Below, one piece after another: positions 26,771 through 35,959 of a stretch of DNA of 64,000 bases (its first letter is position 1; every line of letters begins with the position of its first letter). The notes beneath the pieces are model-generated. The model saw nothing but the letters and a program-made list of their open reading frames with translations, was not told the DNA's origin and did not search any database. The DNA is from Promethearchaeota archaeon. GTDB taxonomy: Archaea > Asgardarchaeota > Lokiarchaeia > Sigyniarchaeales > SOKP01. The stretch is from assembly GCA_048941185.1 (NCBI GenBank), contig JBHLNW010000009.1, forward strand, positions 5,236 through 69,235. The letters run 5' to 3'. The translations under genes were made by a program, and so were the position numbers.

Positions 26771-26832
26771 ATTACTACCCTTAACTCTGTTATGATTATT
26801 ATAAATATTTAGTAGAGTTAACAAATTTAAAT

Positions 26833-27363
26833 TTAGGTTTTTAAATTAGTTTTTATTACAATCTCTCGTACAATTCTCTTGATTTTTTTCCCTGTAGTAT
26901 CAATAATGATTTCAGCTGCTGCCTTATAGTAGGGCTTTCGAAAATTTAGTGCTTTTAATATTTCTCTTTTCGGATCTTCTTTATTAATTATAGGTCTCGT
27001 TTCGATGCCATTTTTTAAAGATCTTTTATAGATTTCATCTATAGTTGCCTTTAATAAAACCATATGACAGTTTTTTCTTAAATTTTCAACATTCTTTTCA
27101 TTTAGAACAACTCCACCTCCACATGAAATAATCACCTTAGTTAATTTAGCAATTCTTTCACATATTGAGGTTTCATATTCTCTAAATTTAATTTCTCCAT
27201 CATCAGCAAAAATTTTAGAAATAGATTTACCAACTTCTTGAGTAATTTCTTGATCGGTCTCTATAAATTTATAATCCTTTCCAAGATATTTCGCTAAAGC
27301 TTTACCCACCATTGTTTTTCCAGTGGCCATAAAACCAATTAAAGCAATGGAATCTTTAGGCAT
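26833..27363 (-). CDS. aroK: shikimate kinase, AroK (P-loop) type
   Basis: IALIGFMATGKTMVGKALAKYLG Walker A, TDQEI, and GGGVV in ISCGGGVVLN; 176 aa. Confidence 0.8.
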   Translation of the reverse strand: MPKDSIALIGFMATGKTMVGKALAKYLGKDYKFIETDQEITQEVGKSISKIFADDGEIKFREYETSICERIAKLTKVIISCGGGVVLNEKNVENLRKNCHMVLLKATIDEIYKRSLKNGIETRPIINKEDPKREILKALNFRKPYYKAAAEIIIDTTGKKIKRIVREIVIKTNLKT

Positions 27364-27409
27364 TTTGAGTTACTTATATTAGGTTATTAATTACATTGCG
27401 TCTAACTTT

Positions 27410-27973
27410 TTAAAATGATAATTCTTGTGAAAATCCATGTTTTTGTAATTTACCCTTTTTCAACTCAATATAATTACCGTTTATATATGCTGGGAAATTA
27501 AATTTTTCTGGATCTAAAGCTTCATTTTTAACATAAATAGGATCAGAATGCGTAGCAACCACTCTCCCAAAAAAACACACATGTGTTCCAAATTCTACTT
27601 TCTTTATCACTTTACATTCCATATTCCATGGAAACTCTTTTATCATTGGGACTTGTACGATAGAGGCTTTTTGTTTTGTTAAATTCAATTCTTTCCATTT
27701 ATTAACATCTCTTCCAGAACGTGTACCAATATAGTCAGTTTCCTTTAATTGTTCTATTGTTGGATAATTAATTACAAATTCACCAAGTTTTTCAATTAAA
27801 TTATATGAGTGTCGTTTAGGTTGTATAGATACAGCAATAATAGGGGGATCAAAACAAACTTTCCCTACATATGCTAAAGTTATTAGATTCGCTTCTTCTC
27901 CTGTTCCTACAGAAATAACAGCTGCTGGCATAGGGAAAGTTGAAATTTTTTGGCTAAGGGGAATTTTTTTCAT
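27410..27973 (-). CDS. flavin reductase-like FMN-binding protein (flavoredoxin family)
   Basis: PMPAAVISVGTGEEANLITLAYVGKVCFDPPIIAVSI and HSYNLIEKLGEFVINYP are typical of the flavin reductase-like domain. Start assumed at the Met at 27973. Confidence 0.7.
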   Translation of the reverse strand: MKKIPLSQKISTFPMPAAVISVGTGEEANLITLAYVGKVCFDPPIIAVSIQPKRHSYNLIEKLGEFVINYPTIEQLKETDYIGTRSGRDVNKWKELNLTKQKASIVQVPMIKEFPWNMECKVIKKVEFGTHVCFFGRVVATHSDPIYVKNEALDPEKFNFPAYINGNYIELKKGKLQKHGFSQELSF

Positions 27974-28091
27974 CTTAAACCTAATAAATAGTACCAAATT
28001 AAATAATCTCACTTTTTCTTATAAAACTATTAAATAATAAAGAATTAGTAAATAATCAAATTTCATTGAAAATAATAAAAGGTGAAAGACT

Positions 28092-28712
28092 ATTATAATA
28101 AAACATCGGGGTATTGAACCTAAGATTGATCCTTCTGCATTTATTGCACCCACAGCTGCTGTTATAGGTAAAATTACAATTGGAAAGGATTCAAGGATAA
28201 TGTATGGTTCAGTTCTTGATTCAGAGGATTCTAAGATCGAAATTGGTGACTGCTCTATAATATGTGAAAATGCAGTACTTAGAGCTTCGGCATCAGGAAA
28301 AGCAAATTATCCTGTAACTATTGGAGATCATGTTTTCATATCACCACATTCAACGCTTATTGGTTGCAAAGTTGAATCTAATTCATACATAGCAACAGGA
28401 GTAACTATTCTACAAGGAGCCATTATTCAATCTGGTGCTGCAGTTGCTGTAGGAGCCTTTGTTCATGCAAATACAATTGTTCCAGCTAATTCATTTATTC
28501 CTCCAAATAATATTGCTATTGGAGATCCTATCAAGATTTATCGTCCAAAAGACCAAGAAGCATTAGCTAAAGCTATTAAATCAATTGAATTTGCTAAAGT
28601 CGCATTCAATGTTGATGCAGAATGGGAAAATCGTTTTGAGAGATACAGACAAGCTACACAGGTAAGATCAAAAGAATTTGAGAGTCATTTTAATGATGAG
28701 ATAATTGGTTAA
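28092..28712 (+). CDS. gamma-carbonic-anhydrase-like left-handed beta-helix (hexapeptide repeat) protein, apparently ATT/ATA-initiated
   Basis: The ORF track starts at Met 28200. However, the in-frame upstream sequence IIIKHRGIEPKIDPSAFIAPTAAVIGKITIGKDSRI is the conserved family N-terminus. No ATG/GTG/TTG occurs after the TGA at 28083. ATT at 28092 lies 6 nt after GGTGA (28081-85). Confidence 0.7.
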   Translation: MIIKHRGIEPKIDPSAFIAPTAAVIGKITIGKDSRIMYGSVLDSEDSKIEIGDCSIICENAVLRASASGKANYPVTIGDHVFISPHSTLIGCKVESNSYIATGVTILQGAIIQSGAAVAVGAFVHANTIVPANSFIPPNNIAIGDPIKIYRPKDQEALAKAIKSIEFAKVAFNVDAEWENRFERYRQATQVRSKEFESHFNDEIIG

Positions 28713-28737
28713 GATAGAAAACTTTGAGTCATCCAAT

Positions 28738-29631
28738 ATGGAAGATAATAATATTATTACTGCGAGTACAAAGGTTTTGTGTATAATTGGGTATCCAATT
28801 GAACATTCGATGAGCCCTATAATGCATAATGCTATGATCAAAGACCTAGCTCTTGATTTTATTTACTTAGCGTTTAATATTTATCCAAATAATTTGAAAT
28901 TTGCTATAAAGGCATTTAAAACCCTTAATATTAAAGGTATTAATGTGACTATCCCTTTCAAGCAAAAGATCATTAAGTATTTAGACGAAATTGATCCTAT
29001 ATCACAGAAAATTGGAGCGATAAACACAATAAAAAATGAGGAGGGATATCTAATTGGGAGAAATACTGATGCAGAAGGTGGTAAAAAAGCTTTATTCAAT
29101 GTTGGTTATAATATTTCTGGGACAAATGTCTTACTATTAGGTGCAGGCGGAGCAGCAAGAGCTTTGGGTTATAGTCTAGCTAAGGATGTGAATAAAATTG
29201 TAATAGTAAACAGAACTGAAAAGAAAGCAGAAAAACTTACAAGGGAATTGAACCAGAATTTTGGGATAAAGGCTGAACCAAAGAAATTTATAATTAATGT
29301 CCTGAAAGAAGAAACGAGAAAAGCTGATATATTAATAAATACTACTCCAGTGGGAATGTATCCAAATGTTAATGAATCACCAATTCCTGAGAAATTTTTG
29401 CATAAAGAATTAATTGTTTTTGATGTAATTTATAACCCATTAGAAACTAAATTAATAAAAAATGCTAATGAAAGAGGATGCAAAACACTAGGGGGTTTAG
29501 ATATGTTAGTAAATCAAGGTGCTGCTTCTTTTGAGTGGTGGACAAACAATAAACCAAATATTAACTTAATGAAGAAGGTAACTGTTGATTTTCTTAGAAA
29601 AAATAAAGAAAAAAACAAATTATTGAATTGA
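28738..29631 (+). CDS. aroE: shikimate 5-dehydrogenase
   Basis: IGYPIEHSMSPIMHNA, NVTIPFK, NTDAEG, and GAGGAARA in LLLGAGGAARALGY; typical AroE blocks. Confidence 0.85.
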   Translation: MEDNNIITASTKVLCIIGYPIEHSMSPIMHNAMIKDLALDFIYLAFNIYPNNLKFAIKAFKTLNIKGINVTIPFKQKIIKYLDEIDPISQKIGAINTIKNEEGYLIGRNTDAEGGKKALFNVGYNISGTNVLLLGAGGAARALGYSLAKDVNKIVIVNRTEKKAEKLTRELNQNFGIKAEPKKFIINVLKEETRKADILINTTPVGMYPNVNESPIPEKFLHKELIVFDVIYNPLETKLIKNANERGCKTLGGLDMLVNQGAASFEWWTNNKPNINLMKKVTVDFLRKNKEKNKLLN

Positions 29632-29988
29632 GGTTCCACAAAGAGCACAAAATTTTGCATTTCCGGTTTTGTCTAACTCAGATCCACAATTATAACAAAA
29701 AATTGGTTTTTCTTCAGCTTTTTGTGATTTTATAATAATTTTTTGTTGTTCCTGTTGATTTAAAGACCCAACTACTTGGTAATTTGAATTTAGTTGATTA
29801 TTTTCCTTTTCTTCATAACAAACACTATTACAATGTATACATCTCCTTTTATGTTCCTTATCTAAATAAACAGCAAGGTAAATTAATAACCCGATACCAC
29901 CTGTGAATATAGCCAAAATAATTGCTAATGCAATATTAAAATCGTTTGGTTTTGTATAAACATTCATCTTACATTCTGGGCAATACAT
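29620..29988 (-). CDS. LITAF-like (CxxC, hydrophobic stretch, CxxC) membrane-associated zinc-ribbon protein with an extra C-terminal zinc ribbon, paralogue 1
   Basis: YCPECK...(13 aa)...IALAIILAIFTGGIGLLIYLAVYL..EHKRRCIHCNS, then a Q/N-rich linker, then FCYNCGSELDKTGNAKFCALCG. Confidence 0.6.
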   Translation of the reverse strand: MYCPECKMNVYTKPNDFNIALAIILAIFTGGIGLLIYLAVYLDKEHKRRCIHCNSVCYEEKENNQLNSNYQVVGSLNQQEQQKIIIKSQKAEEKPIFCYNCGSELDKTGNAKFCALCGTSIQ

Positions 29989-30119
29989 TTTTCTATCACT
30001 CCAAATTTTTTAATTTTTTACTTGAATATAAGGAAATTTTAATTAAATTAAAAAAAATTGGAGTCCGATTTTTAAAATTGATGAAGATTAATATCTCTAT
30101 CAAAAAATAGATAAAAATT

Positions 30120-30488
30120 TTATATAATTTTACTTCCACAATTCTGGCAGAATTTTGTACCAGCTTCTACTTTTTCGCCACAAAATGCGCAAAAATTAGG
30201 TTTAGCACCTAAAATTTCTTCAGTTGAGTTTGTAAGTGTGTTATATAAACCCTTTTGGGTTTCAGATTGAGATTGATAGGTATAAGGATGTGAATTCTTA
30301 AAAGTTGAAATTTTAGTTCCGCAATGGATACAATGCTGTTTTGGTTTATTATAATGAACAGCAAGGTAAATTATCAACCCGATTCCCCCCGTGAAGATTA
30401 ACAATATTACTGCAAGACAAGTATCAATCTTCTCACGTGTCAATAAAACCTTTTGCTGACAACGGGGGCAAAAAGCAGTTTCATTCAT
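30120..30488 (-). CDS. LITAF-like zinc-ribbon membrane protein, paralogue 2
   Basis: FCPRCQQKV...CLAVILLIFTGGIGLIIYLAVHY..KQHCIHCGT, linker, then FCAFCGEKVEAGTKFCQNCG. DNA-level similarity to paralogue 1 across the hydrophobic segment. Confidence 0.6.
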   Translation of the reverse strand: MNETAFCPRCQQKVLLTREKIDTCLAVILLIFTGGIGLIIYLAVHYNKPKQHCIHCGTKISTFKNSHPYTYQSQSETQKGLYNTLTNSTEEILGAKPNFCAFCGEKVEAGTKFCQNCGSKII

Positions 30489-30546
30489 TTAAAATTCTCT
30501 AATCTTTATTTTTCTTTTAATAATTTAAAATAATTAATATAAGTTT

Positions 30547-30933
30547 CTATTCTTTAATCGTACTTCCGCAACTAGGACAAGTAGTTTCATAATTTTTTAT
30601 TTCTTCTTGGCAATATGGACAAATTATGCTTTTTTCTTTTTCTGTTTTTTCTTGTTCAATTGTTTGAAGTATTCGAGCAATCTGTGCTTTTGGTTCTGGA
30701 AAATCTTCCTTTGATTTGTAAAATTCTAATTTATGATGGCATGTTGGACAAATTTTTCTTTTTAAAATAACATAACGATAAATTAAAAATGGAATTAAAG
30801 CAATACCTAATGAAGAAATGATAGTAAGAATCCAAATGTTATAATACATACTATCCATAGCCCTTCTTTTTGGCTTCAAGATTTCTTTCTCACAATGATT
30901 ACAATATGCGAAATTTTTCCGCATTTCTCTCAT
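30547..30933 (-). CDS. LITAF-like zinc-ribbon membrane protein, paralogue 3 (divergent)
   Basis: YCNHCEKEI...IWILTIISSLGIALIPFLIYRYVIL.RKICPTCHH, linker, then ICPYCQEEIKNYETTCPSCG. Confidence 0.55.
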   Translation of the reverse strand: MREMRKNFAYCNHCEKEILKPKRRAMDSMYYNIWILTIISSLGIALIPFLIYRYVILKRKICPTCHHKLEFYKSKEDFPEPKAQIARILQTIEQEKTEKEKSIICPYCQEEIKNYETTCPSCGSTIKE

Positions 30934-31134
30934 TTTAAATAAGATAATTTAACAATTTTAAATTTTCTAATAGTTTTTAATAATTATTAATAAACAAACT
31001 GGTTTTTACTATATTTTGTTAAAAATTTAATAATTTAACTTAATTAAAAATAAAAAAAATAAGTCCTTATTGATATTTATTTACTTAATTTTAATTTGAA
31101 ATTAAATCAAAAAAAACTTATTTTCTGAATTAGT

Positions 31135-31740
31135 TTGAAGCAAAAATCTATTTTTATCGTTTTAGAAGGAGGAGATGCTGCAGGAACAACCACTCATAGT
31201 CTTCTTCTTAAAGACTTTTTAGAAAGTAAAGGTTTAAAAGTTCATTTAACACAAGAACCTTCACAAAGTAAAATAGGAAAACTTTTAAGAGAATTCTTGA
31301 AAAACAAAGATATTCCCCCTACTACGGATGCTTTATTATTTGCAGCTGACAGAAACCTCCATTATGAAAATGAAATCAAAAAAAAACTTGAAGAAGGTTT
31401 CATTGTTATTTCTGATAGATATATTGAATCTTCAATAGTATACCAATCTATACAATCTAATAAAATTTCAGTTGAATGGGTTAAAGAAATAAATAAATTT
31501 GTAGGGTTGCCTGATATTACAATAATTTTGGATATTGAACCAAATATTGCTTTAGCAAGAAAAGAGAGTAAAGATTTAGAAAAATTTGAAGATACTCTAT
31601 TCTTAGATAAAGTTAGAAATCTATATCTTCAACGTGCCAAGCAGGAAGGATATTACATAATCAGTTCAGATGATATTATTGAACTTGTTCAAAAAAAAAT
31701 CCAAAAAATTATTATGGATAAGTTAAAAAATATGATCTAA
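31135..31740 (+). CDS. tmk: thymidylate kinase
   Basis: FIVLEGGDAAGTTT (variant P-loop), LTQEP, DRY in VISDRYIESS, and a lid-region arginine; TTG start. Confidence 0.75.
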   Translation: MKQKSIFIVLEGGDAAGTTTHSLLLKDFLESKGLKVHLTQEPSQSKIGKLLREFLKNKDIPPTTDALLFAADRNLHYENEIKKKLEEGFIVISDRYIESSIVYQSIQSNKISVEWVKEINKFVGLPDITIILDIEPNIALARKESKDLEKFEDTLFLDKVRNLYLQRAKQEGYYIISSDDIIELVQKKIQKIIMDKLKNMI

Positions 31741-31833
31741 TTTATAGAACTAAATAATACAACATTATTTTTCTAAATATATAACAAAAATACCATAAAT
31801 TTAATCAGAAATCATATATTTTTTATTACCATA

Positions 31834-33123
31834 TTGAAACACGGAACAAGCTCAAAAGATAATTCTTTTGATATTGATAAACTATATGATTATGTTAAGA
31901 TTTTTAGCTTTCCTCGTTTAGTTGGAACAAGTGGAGAGAAGAAAGCCGTTGATCTAACAATAAAAACTTTTAAAGAGATTGGATTTAATGAGGGACAAAT
32001 TCAACTAGAACCTTTTAAATTTTCTGATTTTTATTCTACTACACTTATTAAACTTATAATGGTCATTAATTTAACATTTTCCTTGTTTATATTAATGTTT
32101 GCATATATAAATTTATTTATTACGATCTTTATCGGGGGAATAATGGCATTTTTCGTGATATTACTTGTTAAGGGGCTAAAACACCCTGAATTTCCTGGTT
32201 TTTGGGGAGAGTATTATGGAAAGACTATTTCAGCTACTAATGTTTATGTAAAGATACCTGCAAAGAATATCAGAGATAAAGATGCCGGAAATATGATTAT
32301 TTCGGCACACTTAGATTCTAAGTCTCAAACTTTTAAGACATATTGGAGAGTAATTTTTTATAAACTATGGCTATATAGTGGGCTTTTTTTAGGAGGGTTT
32401 ATTATAGCTCTTTTTATTAGCACTTATACTATAATTAAAATAGAGCTATGGATATTGGGACTTGGTATATGGATTTTTACAATATTAATCTCGATTTCGA
32501 ATATACTTTTGATATTTTTAAATACTCATAATAATTCTCCGGGTGCATTAGATAATGCTTCAGGGATGTCGGTTGTATTTGAATTAAGCAAAATATTCAA
32601 AGAAAATCCTCTAAATAACTTCAATGTCTGGATTGTTCAGTTTTCTGCTGAAGAATCGGGAACGATGGGTTCTAGAATTTTTGTAAACAATCATGAGGAT
32701 GAATTTATGAAGGGAAGAATATTTCAATTTAATTTTGATATGATTTCTTGTATAAATGAGACTAGAAATCAAGTAGAATATCTGAAATCATATGGAATAT
32801 TACCTCGAAAAAAAGTTGCTCCACTCCTTAGTAAATACTTAGAAAAAGCTGCAATTAATGAAAAGATTAAAATAAAAGGATTTCATTTATCAACAGGAGC
32901 CCATACTGATTCTGTACCATTCCATTTAAGAGGATATGATTCTGTTGACATTGTTACAAGAGCTGGTGCTAAATATTCTCATACTATTAATGATAAACCC
33001 GATAAAGTTGATCCTCAAGTATTATTAGATGCATGTTTATTAGTTTGGTGCGTAGTTATTTCTTTAGATGAGGATTATGAAAAATTATGTAAAAATCAAG
33101 ATTTAATATGTGAAGTGAGTTAA
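31834..33123 (+). CDS. M28-family zinc peptidase with an inserted multi-TM region
   Basis: FPRLVGTSGEKKA, ISAHLDSKSQTF, the DNASG motif in GALDNASGMSVVFEL, the SAEESG motif in FSAEESGTMG, and GAHTDSVPF. Hydrophobic segments lie between the N-terminal and catalytic blocks. Confidence 0.75.
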   Translation: MKHGTSSKDNSFDIDKLYDYVKIFSFPRLVGTSGEKKAVDLTIKTFKEIGFNEGQIQLEPFKFSDFYSTTLIKLIMVINLTFSLFILMFAYINLFITIFIGGIMAFFVILLVKGLKHPEFPGFWGEYYGKTISATNVYVKIPAKNIRDKDAGNMIISAHLDSKSQTFKTYWRVIFYKLWLYSGLFLGGFIIALFISTYTIIKIELWILGLGIWIFTILISISNILLIFLNTHNNSPGALDNASGMSVVFELSKIFKENPLNNFNVWIVQFSAEESGTMGSRIFVNNHEDEFMKGRIFQFNFDMISCINETRNQVEYLKSYGILPRKKVAPLLSKYLEKAAINEKIKIKGFHLSTGAHTDSVPFHLRGYDSVDIVTRAGAKYSHTINDKPDKVDPQVLLDACLLVWCVVISLDEDYEKLCKNQDLICEVS

Positions 33124-33156
33124 TTAGGTAAAGAAAAAAGTAATATATACAAATTG

Positions 33157-33693
33157 CTACATTAATTCTTCTATTTCTTTTTGAATTTTTTCAATTCGTT
33201 TTTTAGATTTTAATAAAATCTTACTTCTTCCATATTTACGAAACCATCTATTAAATCTGTCTTGGATGGTAACTTCTCGTGTGCCAGCCATATGTTTATC
33301 AGCTAAACATATGATTTTTTCTTCTAAAGTTGAAGGTATATAATTTTTTTCAGGCAAACCTACTCTTCTCGCATCTTCTTTATCCAAACCTCCTAATATA
33401 TGAGTTTCACAGATTCGAGCAAGCTTATTTGAAAAACCTCTTTGTTTCAAGATTTTACCTCCAATTAATGCATGTTTAAAACTATGTGTTTTCACTCTTC
33501 CAATATCATGTAATAAGGCTCCAATTTCAACTAAATTTACATCTACTTTGACTTTTTTTATTTTATGCGCAATTTCTATAGCTTTATCAGCGACTTTCTC
33601 TGAATGGCGTCTAACAGAAAGCGGAACTTTCAACATCTTTAGTAGATCTAAAGCAAAATATCGATCTGGTAAAATTTCTTCTTTATTATCCAT
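33157..33693 (-). CDS. HD/HDIG-domain phosphohydrolase
   Basis: VRRHSEKVADKAIEIA and GALLHDIGRVKTH (HD motif); 178 aa. Confidence 0.75.
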   Translation of the reverse strand: MDNKEEILPDRYFALDLLKMLKVPLSVRRHSEKVADKAIEIAHKIKKVKVDVNLVEIGALLHDIGRVKTHSFKHALIGGKILKQRGFSNKLARICETHILGGLDKEDARRVGLPEKNYIPSTLEEKIICLADKHMAGTREVTIQDRFNRWFRKYGRSKILLKSKKRIEKIQKEIEELM

Positions 33694-33825
33694 TAGTTTT
33701 TATAATTAACCAACAATCTTTAAGTTTTAGATATTAAAAAATTCACTCAATAGTAATTCTAAATAAGAGCTCTACGATTATTACAAGTCTAAAACTTAAT
33801 AAAAAAAATAAAGTGGAATATTTTA

Positions 33826-34317
33826 TTAAAATTCTTCATAAGGACCACTGATTAATCCTCCAATTGAACCACCTATTAATACTCCTATAAATGCACTAAT
33901 TATACCCCCTAAAGTCTCAATTAATTGGCTTCCTTGAAATAACGCCATTAAATCCACTTGAGAAAAAATACTTAATATTATCCAAATGGAAAGAACTATT
34001 ATAACCACTAATGATACCGCAATTACACCTCGTTTTAAACCTTTAGCAATTGTGCCTGAGAAATAACCTATGAAAATCCATGCTAAAATTTCTGGTACAA
34101 AGAAACCGAGGATAGAAGGAGACCCAGTGAAATATGAAATCATATCAAAATCAAAATTTGCTCCTACTAATAATGCTACTATTCTTAATCCATCGATTCC
34201 AGAAGACATTATGGTTATAATATCTGTCATATTAAAGAAAAGAGCTGAGAAAAAACTTAATGTGACCCCAACAATAATCCCAATAACTAATCGATAAGAT
34301 GTCATTAATAATAACAC
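33826..34317 (-). CDS. hypothetical integral membrane protein
   Basis: 163-aa ORF with 4-5 hydrophobic helices and a Gly-rich C-terminal helix. No family recognised. Confidence 0.45.
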   Translation of the reverse strand: MLLLMTSYRLVIGIIVGVTLSFFSALFFNMTDIITIMSSGIDGLRIVALLVGANFDFDMISYFTGSPSILGFFVPEILAWIFIGYFSGTIAKGLKRGVIAVSLVVIIVLSIWIILSIFSQVDLMALFQGSQLIETLGGIISAFIGVLIGGSIGGLISGPYEEF

Positions 34318-34535
34318 TTTAGGATAAAAATCCTATTTTATAATTTTTTTCTGGGAATTACAATAATAATAAAAATCATTTTGCTATATTAATACTTTAG
34401 TTCTTAAGGTTTTACAAAAATCTACTCAATAAAATATTAAAGTTATCATGAATTCAATAACATATTCTTAAATTAGTAAGATTCTAAAATATTTTAATTA
34501 TATTAGTATAAGAAAAAATAGATAAGGCAACAAAT

Positions 34536-35345
34536 TTGGCTCGAAAGAAAAAGAAAACCGAAGAAACCGAAGAAAAGAAAAAAATCGAAAATCTAGAGGA
34601 TTTTAGTGAAGATTTTGATATCGATTTCAAAGAAGAACTTGATCTGGAAGAGGAACTTGATTTACTTGATACTGAAGATATTGAAGCAGGTCTAGAAATT
34701 AAGGATAAATTAATTGATAAAGATGAAGAAAGAAAACAGCTCTACTTAAGCTGTGGTATTCACATTGGCACCAAATTATTAACGGGAGATGCTCGAAGAT
34801 TTATTTATAGACAGACTAATTATGGATTATATGTTATTGATTTAACACAAACAGATGAACGACTTAAAATTGCAGCAAAATTTTTAAGTAAGTATGTTGA
34901 AGAGGGAAGTGATAAGGTTATCGTTACTTCAGTTCGGCGGTATGGTAAAGAACCAGTTAAAAAATTTTGTGAGGCATTAGGGTGTAGAGTTATCACTTCG
35001 AGATTTATACCTGGGTCTCTTACAAATCCTATAATCGATACTTATATCAAAGATGCAAGCGTAGTGGTAATAGTAGATCCTCACGCTGATAAAGTAATAT
35101 TACGAGAAGCTAAATTAGCTCGGATTCCGGTCGTTTCATTATTTGATACTGATGATACTCTTGATGGCATAGATCTTGCAATCCCAGCAAATAATCGAGG
35201 TAAAAAAGCTTTAGGATTAACATTCTGGCTCTTAGCAAGACAAATAATGTTAGATCTTGGTAAAATTTCAAGTGAAGAAGAATTTCCTTATACTTTAGAA
35301 GAATTCACTTCGAAAATTGTACCAGTCTATCGTCAAGAACAATAA
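34536..35345 (+). CDS. rps2: ribosomal protein uS2 with an acidic N-terminal extension
   Basis: YLSCGIHIGTKLLTGDARRFIYRQTNYGLYVIDLTQTDERLKIAAKFL and IVDPHADKVILREAKLARIPVVSLFDTD are uS2 blocks. They are preceded by a ~65-aa K/E/D-rich segment starting at TTG 34536. Confidence 0.85.
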   Translation: MARKKKKTEETEEKKKIENLEDFSEDFDIDFKEELDLEEELDLLDTEDIEAGLEIKDKLIDKDEERKQLYLSCGIHIGTKLLTGDARRFIYRQTNYGLYVIDLTQTDERLKIAAKFLSKYVEEGSDKVIVTSVRRYGKEPVKKFCEALGCRVITSRFIPGSLTNPIIDTYIKDASVVVIVDPHADKVILREAKLARIPVVSLFDTDDTLDGIDLAIPANNRGKKALGLTFWLLARQIMLDLGKISSEEEFPYTLEEFTSKIVPVYRQEQ

Positions 35346-35530
35346 ACGTTAAGATTTGAAGGTTTTACACTGTTTTGTTTATATTTTTTGACAAAAGGAA
35401 ATTATCTTTATTTTTGAATTATTATTTCACAAAAATAAAAACACTCTTCCAAAGATATTTAAATTCGAAATTAATATTTATTCTTGAAATTAATAGTTGA
35501 ACAAACGATAAAATTCCCTTCTTATATCTT

Positions 35531-35959
35531 ATGAATATATTAGATAATTTGAAAATAGATGAGAAAATATTACTGAAACAAAACCAAAATTCTGAATTTT
35601 ATTTAACAAATTATCGATTAATTTTACATAATGATAAACCAGACTATATTAAAATCTATTCTAAAAATATTAATCAATACGGAGAAGTCTTTGAAGATTA
35701 TATTCTTTTGGAATTAGAATATCTTAAACTAATTATCTTGGATGATTATATTTATGGACCTGAAGCTTATTTGTATCTTGGAAAAGGTTCAAATGAAGGA
35801 GAATTTAGTAAGATGAAAAGAAATATAAAAAGAAAAAGAATTAAATTCAAAACTGACATTGAGATTGGAATTGGGTTTGAAAGCTTTCATATTCAAAATC
35901 AATTTTTATTAAACATTATTAATTTAAAACCGGATATCATAATTGGTGGATTTTCTTAA
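35531..35959 (+). CDS. hypothetical protein (142 aa), possible PH/GRAM-like N-terminus
   Basis: ORF only. EKILLKQNQNSEFYLTNYRLIL resembles the first strands of bacterial PH/GRAM-like domains (weak). Confidence 0.35.
   Translation: MNILDNLKIDEKILLKQNQNSEFYLTNYRLILHNDKPDYIKIYSKNINQYGEVFEDYILLELEYLKLIILDDYIYGPEAYLYLGKGSNEGEFSKMKRNIKRKRIKFKTDIEIGIGFESFHIQNQFLLNIINLKPDIIIGGFS

Noticed and set aside
26771-26824. N-terminal extension MLTLLNIYNNHNRVKGSN of the small zinc-ribbon ORF
   Set aside because: The extension is low complexity, while the Met at 26770 directly precedes the zinc knuckle. I treated it as non-coding upstream sequence.
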